Origin: Stylophora pistillata
Lineage: Eukaryota
Reading direction: 5' to 3'
Length of the DNA: 60,000 bases
Assembly (NCBI RefSeq): GCF_002571385.2
Contig: NW_019218016.1
Coordinates: forward strand, 417,285-477,284
Numbering within the stretch: the first letter of the stretch is position 1; every line of letters starts with the position of its first letter. Of this stretch, positions 12,723 through 36,251 are shown piece after piece. The notes beneath the pieces are model-generated. The model had not been told where the DNA came from. It saw only the letters and a list, made by a program, of their open reading frames with translations, and made no database searches. A program made the position numbers and the translations under genes.

Positions 12723-15700
12723 TTAGTTTTCCTTTGTCTTAGACTGTGATANACTTCACGTGCACCTCCGCCAATGTAATCTATTGCATAACTTGCACTT
12801 ATTGCAAAAAGATATACATCGGCGAAACAGGCAGAAGACTAGGTGACCGATTCCGAGAACACCTTCGAGACGTGGAAAGGAATGACAAGGACACATCGAA
12901 ACCAGTCGCTAGACATTTTAATTTACCTAATCATTCTAAGCAACATATGGCAATCTGCGGTCTTTCCTTGCACTTAGGTGGCACGGAAAGCCGTAAAAAT
13001 CTTGAACAAAAGCTCATCTTTCAAACCGGCAGTCTAAATCCCACAGGGATCAATGAACGCTTTTCATTCCACTAATTTATTCATGTTTTTCTCGTTGCCA
13101 TGCACCCACCAATAACGTAGCTCCATTTTCTGCCTTTAAAAGCACACACAACCCACAATTCCTCTATTCGCTCCGACGAAGGGCTAACGCTCGAAACGTC
13201 AGCTTTTGTAATCATTACGGTGGCCAATTTACCATTTCAACTTTGTTGATATATCCAAATTATTTCGTTACTCCCACCGACGCAGCCCCAAACAGTTTCT
13301 TTCGAAACTATCAGCCTTTATACAATAAGTATACCCTACTCCAATATGTCACTAGTTTATTAGTTTTTAACTATTATGTGTCACCCTCACTAAATAAAGA
13401 CATTACTTACTTACTTATTTTCAATGCAGATACTAAGAAACTGGATGAGAAAGACTATCAGCATGGATAAAGTACACCACAGCATACACTATTGAGTTAT
13501 GGATGCACATGGGAGGTTGCTAAGCATGAGAGATGTGTTTACTCTTACAAGAGTCACGTGAAGGGATAGCTGAGAGTGACTCTAGCTTCTTGAGTGCTTA
13601 GCAAACCACCCAAGTGCATTCATAACTCAATAGTGTATGCTGTGGCATTTACCATTTGTTTTATAACATAACATTGATACATTGTAGCAAGAGAGTTTTC
13701 TTTTATATGTGACCAGAAAAAACAAGTGTGCACAGAAAACTAGTCTTTGCATTTGCTTATGTCAGCAGCATACACCCATAGGCAAATGGTGGATGCTGAA
13801 TTGACCAATCAGCTTTACTTTGGTTATGTTATAACCATTTCCTAAGGTGTTGACAAGGAGAATTTTTTTAACAATCAAGAGCTGCTTTAGCTGGTGATCA
13901 TTTCCTCCATCCTTATAAATTACCTTCATTTTTGATTCAGGAGTTAAATTTGAGGCATGTTATTCTGAGGGGTGTTAGGGTAAATTTTTGTAATTAAAAA
14001 GAATACATAAACACCAAAACCCCTAAGCACTGCTTAGTGACATCTATTAGTGAAGTGTGAAAACATTCAGACATTCTGCCACTGAGCAAGACATTTCTTT
14101 TAACCATGAATTTGATGTTTTATTATATTAAGGCTTTAAAAGTGATTTTGCATTGTACTTTTCAGGCTTGAAATGTAGTTCTTAAATTCTATTGTTGTAT
14201 TTTTATTAGGCTCTTTGAATGTGATAATTTATGAAAATTCTTAAAGTAAGTGAATTCTTTAAGATACAGGGACCCTATGGAGACCAACCTTGGAGCTGAA
14301 TGGGCTACCCTATGTAAATAAAGTTTTACTTTACTTTATGTATCCTGCAACACCACATGAAAATGCTACACAATATCAACACAGTATCAACACAATATCA
14401 AGCAGAAAAATGATGAGAATTAAGAAAAAAAAAACAACTAGGAGATGATTATTTGACACAAAACCAAATTCTGAGAACTAAAACTACAATAAATTTTTAG
14501 TTAACAGTAAAGAGAACTACTATTGTAATCTTGGGAGTTACCAGTTAAAGCAAAGAAAATTTCTGTAGCTTTCTTAAACAAAAATAACGTGATTACCTTC
14601 AAAGAGGATTTCCTTGGAAAGGAAAAAACAGGAGATTGGTAACAAAATCATGGCAAGAGAAAACTTCAAAAGAGTTATTAAAACTGACTTTTCTCGAGGC
14701 CTGTCAGTAAAAAAATCAATCAATCAGTTGTTAAGTGAGCGAGTCATTTGATCAGTTGCTTAGTCAGTTGGTCAGTCTGTGTCAGACTACCAATCAAACA
14801 ATCTGTCACTCAAGTTTATCTTCCAGATTGGCACTCTTAATCCCAATGGCATGAAAGAACGCTTTTCATTCTACAAAATAATGTATTCTTTTTTTTCTCA
14901 TCACCATGTTCCCACCAATAGCCTAGCTCTACTTTCTGCATATGAACACACATACAACCCACAATTCCTCCATTTGCTCTGATGAAGGGCTAACGCTTGA
15001 AAGGACAGCCTTTAAACTCTTTATGGTGGCCAATTATCAACTGAGTTGATAAAACCCCAATTACCTTGTTAACTCTCTTTGATGCAGCACCATAGTCTCT
15101 TTGGAAACTTACTCCCTTTATTCATTCAGTACCTCAGTCTGCCAGTTTATATATGAGTCAGTCATAGAGTAAGTAAATCTAATTGTGAAAGTGTAGTGTG
15201 ATCGTCCAGGTGATCATAGTCCTGAGAAGGACTGTTGTCAGTGGTGGTGACTGACATTTTGCCAACCTGTGCGGAAGTCATCATCAGCACAGGTTGTCGA
15301 AACATCAGTCACCACCACTGACAACAGTCCATCTCAGGACTACACTCACCCGGACGATCACACTACACTTTCACATGTTACCCCCAGGTTCAAATCATTT
15401 ACTTAATATAATTGGTCAGTCAGCTACCTATGGTAAGCCACGATGCCACCAGAGCCTTGAGCTGATACACATGTTACCCCCAGGTTCAAATCATTTACTT
15501 AATATAATTGGTCAGTCAGCTACCTATGGTAAGCCACGATGCCACCAGAGCCGTGAGCTGATACAGTCAGGATAAATATTTGAAATACATGAATGCAAAG
15601 CTCTATCACTTTGACAATTACTAATATTACAAAACCATCAAACTTACCCTAAGGGCTGTCCTTGACCATCAGATGTATTCATTGTTCTTAATATTTTCGA

Positions 15701-15790
15701 TAAATATATGGCTAAGTAACTAGATGTGTACAAAAGTCACGAATTACTAAACTCTCTTATGAAAAACATTCACTGCTACCTGTCCGCCAT
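12723..15790 (-). CDS. VMA21: V-ATPase assembly factor VMA21; the second-TM exon is not located and is probably lost at the single-N join at 12752
   Basis: Exon 15780-15790 (ATG GCG GAC AG) plus exon 14597-14700 gives MADRPREKSVLITLLKFSLAMILLPISCFFLSKEILFEG, which resembles vertebrate VMA21 TLLFFTALMITVPIGLYFTTKSYIFEG. A candidate C-terminus SQSKTKEN* (KxKxx ER retrieval) lies at 12723-12749. Confidence 0.75.
12753..13320 (+). mobile_element. Penelope-like retroelement 3' fragment (GIY-YIG endonuclease plus pLTR)
   Basis: NVIYCITCTYCKKIYIGETGRRLGDRFREH...PVARHFN...GSLNPTGINERF is a GIY-YIG domain typical of Penelope elements. Confidence 0.9.
13170..13203 (+). ncRNA. Minimal hammerhead ribozyme motif of the Penelope element (CCGACGA core variant)
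   Basis: gct-CCGACGA-a-GGGC-taac-GCTC-GAAA-cGTC-agc gives stem I gcu/agc, stem II, GAAA and a GUC cleavage triplet. Confidence 0.7.
14812..15125 (+). mobile_element. Older Penelope 3' fragment with a degenerate hammerhead at 14976-15009
   Basis: KFIFQIGTLNPNGMKERFSF is homologous to 13010-13075; motif gctCTGATGAagggctaacgcttGAAAggacagc. Confidence 0.8.
15190..15400. mobile_element. Palindromic Penelope-related repeat with hammerhead-like cores; related copy at about 41375-41585
   Basis: Inverted arms aggactgttgtcagtggtggtgactga / tcagtcaccaccactgacaacagtcc. The copy near 41450 reads CTGATGA-taac...gttg-tGAAA. Confidence 0.6.
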
Positions 15791-15888
15791 CTTCTTTTTC
15801 AACTGATAAAAGGACGTGGAAGAGTGGGACTAGTCAGCCTCACTCTCTGGCGATCTCAGATGTATTGCGTCAGACGTCAGACAACAAC

Positions 15889-25054
<9,166 letters not shown>

Positions 25055-26264
25055 AGGAGACAAAGAGAGGGGAGACAAACCGGAACCGGAAATGAATTTG
25101 AATGGGTAGTCAGCAGGGAGAATTAAAGACCGGTACCTTGTTAAGATCTTCTTACCATTCCATTCTTTGGTCATGAATCAGTCGCTGTTCAAATGCGTAC
25201 AGAATAAGTTGTGCGCATACACCAAAAACGAGATTATCTTAGAATGTTTATGGAGAACACGTTAACTGAATGTTTGGGCAGAGCCTCGTGATGGTAGTTG
25301 TGGAATCAAAGGAAGACATGTGTAGACACTGTTCTGGTTAAGCCCTCTTTAAATGTAAATGTGCGTAAAGAAATACAACAGGGCCAGGATTGGACCGAAC
25401 TCGACGGGCGCCGAAAAAAACAGCAACTGTGCAATGAAAAACATCTTAGAACCGGATTGCTTCCGAGTGCATCCAAAATTTCAAATAATGGAGAATATAA
25501 AGAAAAAACTATTTAGTAAGTAGTTTCAGTCATCATTAGGTATAGTGAGTTCCATTGATCCACGTCCCTCTCTCTCCCCCTTCCCTCCCCTCCCCACCAA
25601 AAAAAGTCGTTGCCAATTGTCGTTGCCCTTGTAGGGGTTCCTTTTCAGGGTCATTTGAAGCTTTTTTCAATATTACATCCAACACTATTCCTGAGACCTA
25701 CTGAACTCATTTCAACTTTGCAAATACAAGGTAAATATAACCAGTGAAATATATTTGTGCTGGAAACATTCCAAACTGAGGACATAATCCGAATCCACGA
25801 TTAACCATCACATCAGTATCTTGTGTCTATTTATTTCTTATTAAATCATTTCTTGATACGATACATTCTTCTTCGCGTTCCTACTGTATGAAAAAAATCT
25901 TCTAAAATGAATTAACTCGTTATATTACTTTAAAAACTCAGAAACGGTGAAAGAAAACCAAGAATAAAGCCGAAGTAAAACTTAAGCCTCACAATACCAG
26001 TTGTTTTTAACCTGCGCCCGGGAAAATAATTGGTTTTGTAACCAACGCAAAGTGAATGACTTCAATTGCTTTAAGTGAACTGGAACATTTAATCCAAGAG
26101 TTTTTAAATAAAATCTGCAAGAAGACGTCCTAAATTTCGAGCATAATGAGCGTGTTTGACAAGCTATGCCTAGCGTTATAGAAGGATACCTCTTAAAATT
26201 GTCCTATAAAAGGAAATTCTCACACATAAAGCACGGCGACTCATTACATTAGCAAAATTCTTCA

Positions 26265-29200
26265 CTAAACAATTCCTTGTTCAAGCATGGATTGAGCGAC
26301 CTTAATGAAGCCGCCGATATTTGCTCCCTTTACGTAATCGATGTAGCTGCCATCTTTGGACGTGCCATACTGGACACAAGTGTTGTGTATACTTTCCATG
26401 ATGTCATGCAGGCGCTCGTCCACGCCTTCTCGTGTCCAGGCGCTGCGCAGACTGTTCTGAGACATCTCAAGCCCAGATACTGCCACGCCTCCAGCATTGG
26501 ATGCTTTACCTGGCCCGAAGAGGATTTTATTTCTGCGAAATTCGTCAATCGCTTCAGGATCGGATGGCATGTTAGCGCCTTCTGCAACAGCATAACAGCC
26601 ATTGTTGATCAGTATTTCCGCGTCTTCTTTGCTAATTTCGTTCTGGGTCGCACAAGGTAAAGCCACGTCGCACTTCACGAACCACGGTCGTTTTCCTTCG
26701 AAGAATTCGGCGTCAGGGTACTTTTCCACGTACTCGCTTATTCTGCCACGTTTGACATTTTTGAGCCATTTCACATATTCGATCTTCTCTTGGTTTAAAC
26801 CACTGTGGTCGTACACCGTGCCTTGTGAGTCGGACAAGGTAACCACCTTACCACCTAACTGCACCACTTTTTCTGACGCAAACTGCGCCACGTTGCCTGA
26901 TCCCGAAACCGTAACAATTTTTCCCCTAAAGGTCTCGCCCCGTGTGTTGAGCATCTCTGCGGTGAAGTATACAAGACCGTAGCCGGTAGCTTCAGGTCGG
27001 AGCAGACTTCCACCGAAGCTGAAAGACTTCCCCGTTAAAACCCCAGTGAACTCGTTACGTATTTTTTTGTACTGGCCAAACAGGTAACCGATTTCTCTTG
27101 CTCCCACGCCAATGTCCCCAGCTGGGACATCCGTATTCGGGCCGATGTGCCTCTGGAGCTCCGACATGAAAGACTGGCAGAAATTCATAACCTCGTTGTC
27201 GGTTTTACCCTTGGGATCAAAATCAGATCCCCCTTTTCCACCTCCCAGGGGTAACGTTGTAAGGCTATTCTTAAACACTTGCTCAAAGCCAAGAAACTTA
27301 AGAATTCCTAAGTTGACGCTGGGATGAAAGCGCAGGCCACCTTTGTAGGGGCCAATGGCTGAATTGAATTCTACACGAAAGCCCCTGTTGACGTGGACCT
27401 CTCCACAGTCATCTCTCCATGGGACCCTAAAGATAACGACCCTTTCTGGCTCCACAATGCGCTCTAATATGTTACTATCAAGATAAACAGGGTGTAGCTG
27501 AAGGTAGTCCCACAGAGAACCTATCACTTCATTTACAGCTTGATGAAATTCGTGCTCCCCGGGGTTTTTCTTGACGACATGGTTCATAAAATCATCAACA
27601 CCCTTGAACCTCATGTTTCCATCCTACAGACAGAAAAAGATATGATTTTGTTTTGACAAAAGACTTGGTTGCGGAAGACTAAACTATGCTAGGTATCAAA
27701 GTCCATAGCTGCAGACTTGGTTGCGGAAGACTAAATTATGCTAGGTATCAAAGTCTATAGCTCCAGGGATATCAAGACTATCGCACAGCACTGCAGAATT
27801 GCGTGAGTTAAAAGTGCTTCGAATTAGCTATCATGAAAATGTTTCATATCTACCGTTGTACAAGGGTTTCCGAGGTCTGCAGTAAATTGTCTGAAGGTTG
27901 AATGCAGGATGTCTCGATGAATTCTTGAAAAAACTCTTAAAACAAATATTCTCCTTATAGGATAAGACATTCAAAGCATTTTCTTGCAAGCCAAAGCGTA
28001 CTGTGGGAGTGATTATGAGTGACGTCATAAAATAGATATTCTTTAGCGCGCAACGACCGGAGCAGAAGAGGAGGTTGGTAATGATTGATTAAGATGCAAA
28101 AGTCTATCCAGTCAACTGTCTTGCTGACAGACACTCTCGCAAGTGGACAGCTCTGCTCACTTTTCAATCTCTCGCTTTCCCTCCTAGTCAAACTCTGTAT
28201 TTACAGATTCCCGTAGGTGGACACTCTCTCGTAGGTGGACGTGCACAAAAAGTGCAAATTGTTCGTCGGTCACGCAACCAAGACAGTCACGCAAACCTTG
28301 TAGGCACGCAGGGGCACAGCGCTGATAAATGGGATTAATGCTTATATCAAATAATAGCTATAAATCATTTCTCCTGTGATTGGTCATCCCAAAATAAGGC
28401 TCCTTCCTGGATCGGAATAGATTCACTTTCGTTTTTGCAGAGTTCGTACCAGGAAAAGGGATAAAAATTACTGTGTGCCTATCTGAAATAAAAATCAGTC
28501 ACTGTTTTGTCCACTTTTCGTCGTCCATAGTCTAATTTGAAGTACTCAGTTCGCTACTAATAGTATACGAGAATGGTTTTACATTTGTGTACGAACTCTC
28601 GGTTTTGGAGTCGTTTTTCCAGCTCGAAAATCACAGGATCCTTGGCTTTTTGTCACAAATATGTGATAGAATTTTCACTCGTCAAAACAAATCTGAAATC
28701 GATAGAACCCTCTCTAGCCCTCAGGACAATTCACCGCTGTGGGTATGTGCATACACAGAGCTGTTTTGGCCAACAGATGGCCTGAAATTAAACCTGTTCA
28801 TATTTTCAGTTGACTCCCTTTTCAAATCATCTATAAACTTTCACTTCCCTGGATTCGAATGAAACGTAATCCTGCTGCCGAGAAGGAAGACTCGAAGCAT
28901 TCAAAATAATTCAAATGTCACACGAAACTTCTCTAGCTCCGTGGACAGGAAATGTTTTGCTCTCAATTCGCGAACAGCAAGTGATCACAAGTTATTTTTC
29001 CTTGTCAATTGACTTGGAGAGGGATAAGAGAAAGCCAGCTGCATTAAAAGAAATTAATAAAGGCAAGGCACATCAACTGGAGCGTTCAAATCTCTCTGCT
29101 GATATGTTTGTTTTTCGGCCTTTTAATTATGGTTTCCTTTCAGGTTCACCTTAGGTTTCTCGTATTTTACGCCTGAACAATATCTCTTACGATTTCCTTG

Positions 29201-29840
29201 CACTTTGAAGCAAATTAAAACAAAGGAACCACTTATTTGCAGCTGCAAAAACGCTCTAGAATCATATTGCGAAAATCAATAGGTCAAGACCAGTCCAAAG
29301 CGGCTGTCAGTATGTTCAACATGAACTCGATTATCATTGTCTCATCTTTCGCATAAATTTTCACAAATAAATACGACGTTACAAAGTTTATGACCACAGA
29401 GGTTCGTCCAGACAAGCTAAGCGATGGCTTAATTTTTTGGGCTCCTACCTAGCGATGTCGACAGTTTTGCTGATTCCGAGCACATCGTTCTAAGAAGTCT
29501 GCAAAGCCGTTTGACTGGTTCCGAAACCTTTTACCAACACATTTGCGCTTTAGGACTTCGCATTCGTTCTCCTCCGTTTTGAAAACACAATCTCTCTTCT
29601 CTAGCTTAAAAAAATAGTGCCTCAATTTAAGTAGAAATATTCCGCTGAAGTTCATTTCGAGCTTCTCAAACAGCTTTCATGCGCGCAAACTACGACGTAA
29701 ACAGTACCCACCGACATCTCGCCATTTTCCATCATGGCCGTGCGATAAACTCCAGACGCACATCGAACAGCCACGCGCCCAAGCAGCAGAGATGAGCCTC
29801 TCTGGATACAAAATCGTCTAGCAACAGATCGAAGAAACAT
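26265..29840 (-). CDS. gdhA: NADP-specific glutamate dehydrogenase (bacterial GdhA type); single catalytic exon 26265-27623 plus an upstream presequence exon 29712-29840
   Basis: 449-aa ORF with GPYKGGLRFHPSV, GGGKGGSDFDPKG, VPAGDIGVG, RPEATGYG, GSGNVA and PCATQNE. An acceptor ctgtag lies 9 nt before the ORF ATG. The upstream exon MFLRSVARRFCIQRGSSLLLGRVAVRCAS...EMS|gtgggt joins in phase 0. The catalytic exon is near-certain; the exon 1 link is inferred. Confidence 0.9.
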
Positions 29841-30249
29841 GCCTGGAAGGCTTTGCTCCGTAAATGCTTTGTTACCGACACAGCTTTGGTTGTGCAGGAT
29901 ACTTCACTTCCCGGCTTACCCTTGACGTTTTATCGAATTCTGATAATTATGGGGGAGTGTTATGGGCGTGGGCTGGTACAAGAATATGATTGGCTAAACA
30001 AGAACTGTATGGGGTGCAGGTCTGCACGAATGATTACAAAACAAACACGGAACTGCAAACACTGGTAAATAACTAGGTTGAATAATGTCCAATACAAAAG
30101 GGCAGTCACTTTTCTGCCACGGTTAAATGGTACATTCAAAGGTAAGCAGAGACAGGAGGTAACATTGGATGGCAACAACACTGCTTTTTCTGACAAAATT
30201 AATATAGTGATATGGCTCATAATATTGAACCCAAATAAAAAACACTTAC

Positions 30250-32630
30250 ACTAGCAAATAAAGTGTTGTACTTGTTTTCAGTTAAAAAAGCATTAAACCA
30301 AGGCACCATATTTTTGGGGGACTTCAACACATTTTGTTCCTTCCCAAAAGCATATGACTAGTGGTTTTTGTTTGGACTGTATCATTAAAAAACTTTGCAA
30401 CAAACTATCATAAAACAACAAATCTTTGAAACATAGAATCCAGACTAAACTTCCCTTGCTAGAGATAGTTTTTAGTCAATTGGTGCACTTGAAATAACCA
30501 AAACTTCCTGAGTATAAAAATTAAAAACATATGACTTCTTTTATTGCACAATTTGGAAGATACAAGAAGTTCATTTTGCCTGAAATGAAAAGCACCTAAG
30601 CCAATTACTTAAATACTGACTCACCAATCATCAAGATTTAAAGATTTAAAAGGATTTAAGGCATTTACATAAAAAGTTTGAACATTACGGGATAACCAGT
30701 ACAGTACAGTATGCAACAGAAATTTACCAGCACAAGGCTCCATGCAAGGTTACACTTTGTCTTCCTGACAGGCAATTCAATATTACAGCTGTCATCAACA
30801 GCTGAAATGACACGATGTGTTAGAGAAAAAGCAAAAATAAAGCTATGAATGTTATGTAAAAGCTCAAAGTGACAGTAAACCATAAAAAAATTTCCCTGTT
30901 CAGGAAAGAACATCTGAAGCTTGTGAAGTTTGATCTCTTGATGTTATTCAATTCCAGTCCTGGTTCCATGTTACTTCCATTAAACTAGTAAAATTACATG
31001 TTATTACATGTAAATTAGCAACATATGTTTTGTTTCAAATCACCAGACTTAAACTGTATAAATATGCAATGAAAATGTAGAAACTCCTTTCTCATACTTC
31101 TGTCAAAGGCTAAAAACAGCATTTGATAAAATAAAAGAAAAAGAAAGCTGTGGCCCTCAGGATAATCAAAGGAATTGTGCAGGGTCTTTCTTATGAAACT
31201 GAACTTTAAAACCGTGCTTGACAAAGCTTCCCATCAAGTTTCATTGTCATTTTATCTTGTGTTAATAACCAGGACTAATCCTTCTGTGTTTCCCCTTCTT
31301 TATCGGACTTGTCATTTCGTCATCATCATCAGCTACGTCAGCATCACCTCCAGCACCTTCAATAAGACTATTAGCCATCATCTCTGGTATCCTGGCAAAA
31401 TCAGCTGGTGATCAAATAGAAGTACAATGTTGTTATCTAATGATTTGGTAATTTCATGGTTTATATTCTGAAGACCAACAGTAGCAGCAATACTCCCAAT
31501 AATAAAAAACTGGAGCAACAGTCGTAGCTATCACAGTGGCAGTGCCAAGAGTAGCAGAGTTCTCCCTCGTTTTAGGTATGACAGATAAAAGAAATTTTCA
31601 AACCCATAGAGCAATCTGTTTTCTTGTAAATTTTCAAGAATTACAAGCAATTTACCCCCTGAAAAGGAGAATACTCTACTAGTGATAGTACTAATGGTAA
31701 AATTCATTCAAGTAACATAAATTGTACCACATAGGAAGAATAGCTTATAAAAAAAAACAAAAATCAGATATTGGAAGCAAAACCGGTTTTATTTAACAAC
31801 ACTGTCACTTACATGCTACTGTTGTCACATACAGACTTCTTGCAAAGCGTCTGCCAAACTTGCTTTCTGTGGCTAAGCTACAAGAGAAAATAATAAGAAA
31901 CTGACTCAAGAAAGTTGTTTATACTTGTTCTCAATCAAAGGGCACTAATACCACTCATGGAGAGGGTTAGGTACAAGTTGTAAAATACTACCTACTGGAG
32001 GGAATTCACTTGATGTAACACCAAACTCTGCAAACTACTTCAGAAGGAAAACTAGAGGTCCTTGTGGGGAGAATTACTAATCAAATCATAGAAGTCAAAG
32101 AATTAATTCCTGTAGTGTGTGTAAAATTAAAAGGCTGATAGTTTCTAAAATTAAAAAGGCAGAGTGAAGGAATTGGCATGTTTTTAAAAAAGAACTGGGT
32201 ATGTACTCAATTGGTGGTTCCTCAACCAAAACAAATTACCACTGAAAATGGTCTTTGGTGAGAACTATTGTGGTTCCGATCCATTCAAAAGGTAACCTTT
32301 AGAGACAACAAGAATATCTTATTATTTACTTACCACTGACCAACCGTGGACGGTCTTCCTAACAATCCAATCTGAACGTTAAGCCCTGTTAAGGTGGAGA
32401 AATTAACGATCAAGGTAAATTTTCATACCGGGGTAACAGTAAAGGTTCCAAACATACACAGTATATATAAGTATACACGTGCTTATGTAACGTCGTACCT
32501 TCTTTACAGCCTCCTTGCTGAAGTCTTGAGGCATGGCGCTGCAGGAAGAAAGCTTTAGTAAAGAAGAACTGAGCTACAAACTCGCTGGCATAAACTTTCA
32601 CTTACCACTAGGCGTGCTGAAGAAGAAAGC
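30250..32630 (-). ncRNA. Spliced transcript divergent from RPS3, with a 5'TOP-like start and no convincing long ORF; 3' end uncertain
   Basis: Exon-like blocks with canonical splice sites at about 32606-32630 (ctttcttcttcag...|gtaagt), 32499-32538, 32334-32385, 31813-31877, and a terminal exon from about 31658. Only short ATG-initiated ORFs are present. Confidence 0.45.
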
Positions 32631-32747
32631 TTGGAAATCGAACGAATACACCGGCTCGTCAACATGGCGGAATCTATTTCTGCGCGTGCGTTGGCGACTC
32701 AAAGCTCTCAAGGGTACATGGGAACTTTCTTTTTCGCGGCAGTCATC

Positions 32748-35381
<2,634 letters not shown>

Positions 35382-36124
35382 AGTTACCAGGTACATGTAT
35401 GGTGTTTGCTATTGTTTTGTTAAATAAATATTGATGTTTCATTGTGATGCTCTATGTAGTGAATGGGACCAAAGCTAAATTAGTTTTTAAAATTGTGACA
35501 CAGTGGGCAGAAGTTGGGTTTTTTCCCCTTTCTTGGGAGATTTAAGCATGGCATTTTCTGGAGAAATGCACTCAAGGATATCTTCACCATCCTCAAAGAG
35601 AATGTTTGTTTCTGGGAATAGAGAACCTTACATCACTCCTTTTTGGGAAAGGGATAAAATGTCCTTTTGCTTGGACTATCAAGAAATAAACATGAACCTT
35701 ATGCCTTTTTTTTTTTTGTTACTTGTCTACTCTCAAGCTTTTAGCCCTGGAACCAACACTCAGTTATTATCGTTATTATTTTTCAGGTTTAAGAGCTTCA
35801 ACCAGCCATTTGCCATCTTGCTGTGTAAAAAATAATTCTAACTATCAAAAATAAACAATTAAGAAACAGGGCAAAAATGTTGTGGTTTATTCTGTTCTAA
35901 CAAAAGTTTTGACAATTTCAGCAGCAAGTGTTAATCTAAATATTCTACAATTTCATTCATAGATGTAATCAAACATCACCACAAAAAGTTTTTTTAAGAC
36001 TTTCTCTAACCTAGCAAGTGCACTGCTGAAAATCCTATCAAACAAATTAAGATAAAAGTCCCCCTGTGAAATAATTTCTTACAACATTCAATATTTACTG
36101 AGATAAGTTTTGAATTCTGTATTG

Positions 36125-36190
36125 CCAAGTGTCATCAAACATCTCTGAGGCTTTATCAACCTTTTACAGAGATGTTGTCATATACTTTGG
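36125..36190 (-). promoter_or_regulatory. Eukaryotic SECIS element, type II
   Basis: Minus strand reads ccaaagt-at-ATGAC-aacatctctg-t-AAA-aggtt-gataa-agcct-cagagatgtt-TGAT-gac-acttgg. This gives an AUGA/GA quartet, a perfect 10-bp helix II, apical AAA, a 5-bp ministem and a helix I. Confidence 0.92.
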
Positions 36191-36251
36191 TCAAAACGTT
36201 GTGGCCTTCAATAAAATATTTGGATCACTGAAACTTGGATCCAAAGGGAAA

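Noticed and set aside
15373-15566. 96-bp direct duplication (also a 52-bp duplication at 27661-27765)
   Set aside because: These are simple local tandem duplications or assembly echoes with no evident function.
26265-27614. Bacterial contamination as the explanation for gdhA
   Set aside because: The gene is contiguous, without gaps, with intron-containing animal genes, has an upstream splice acceptor, and has no operon neighbours.
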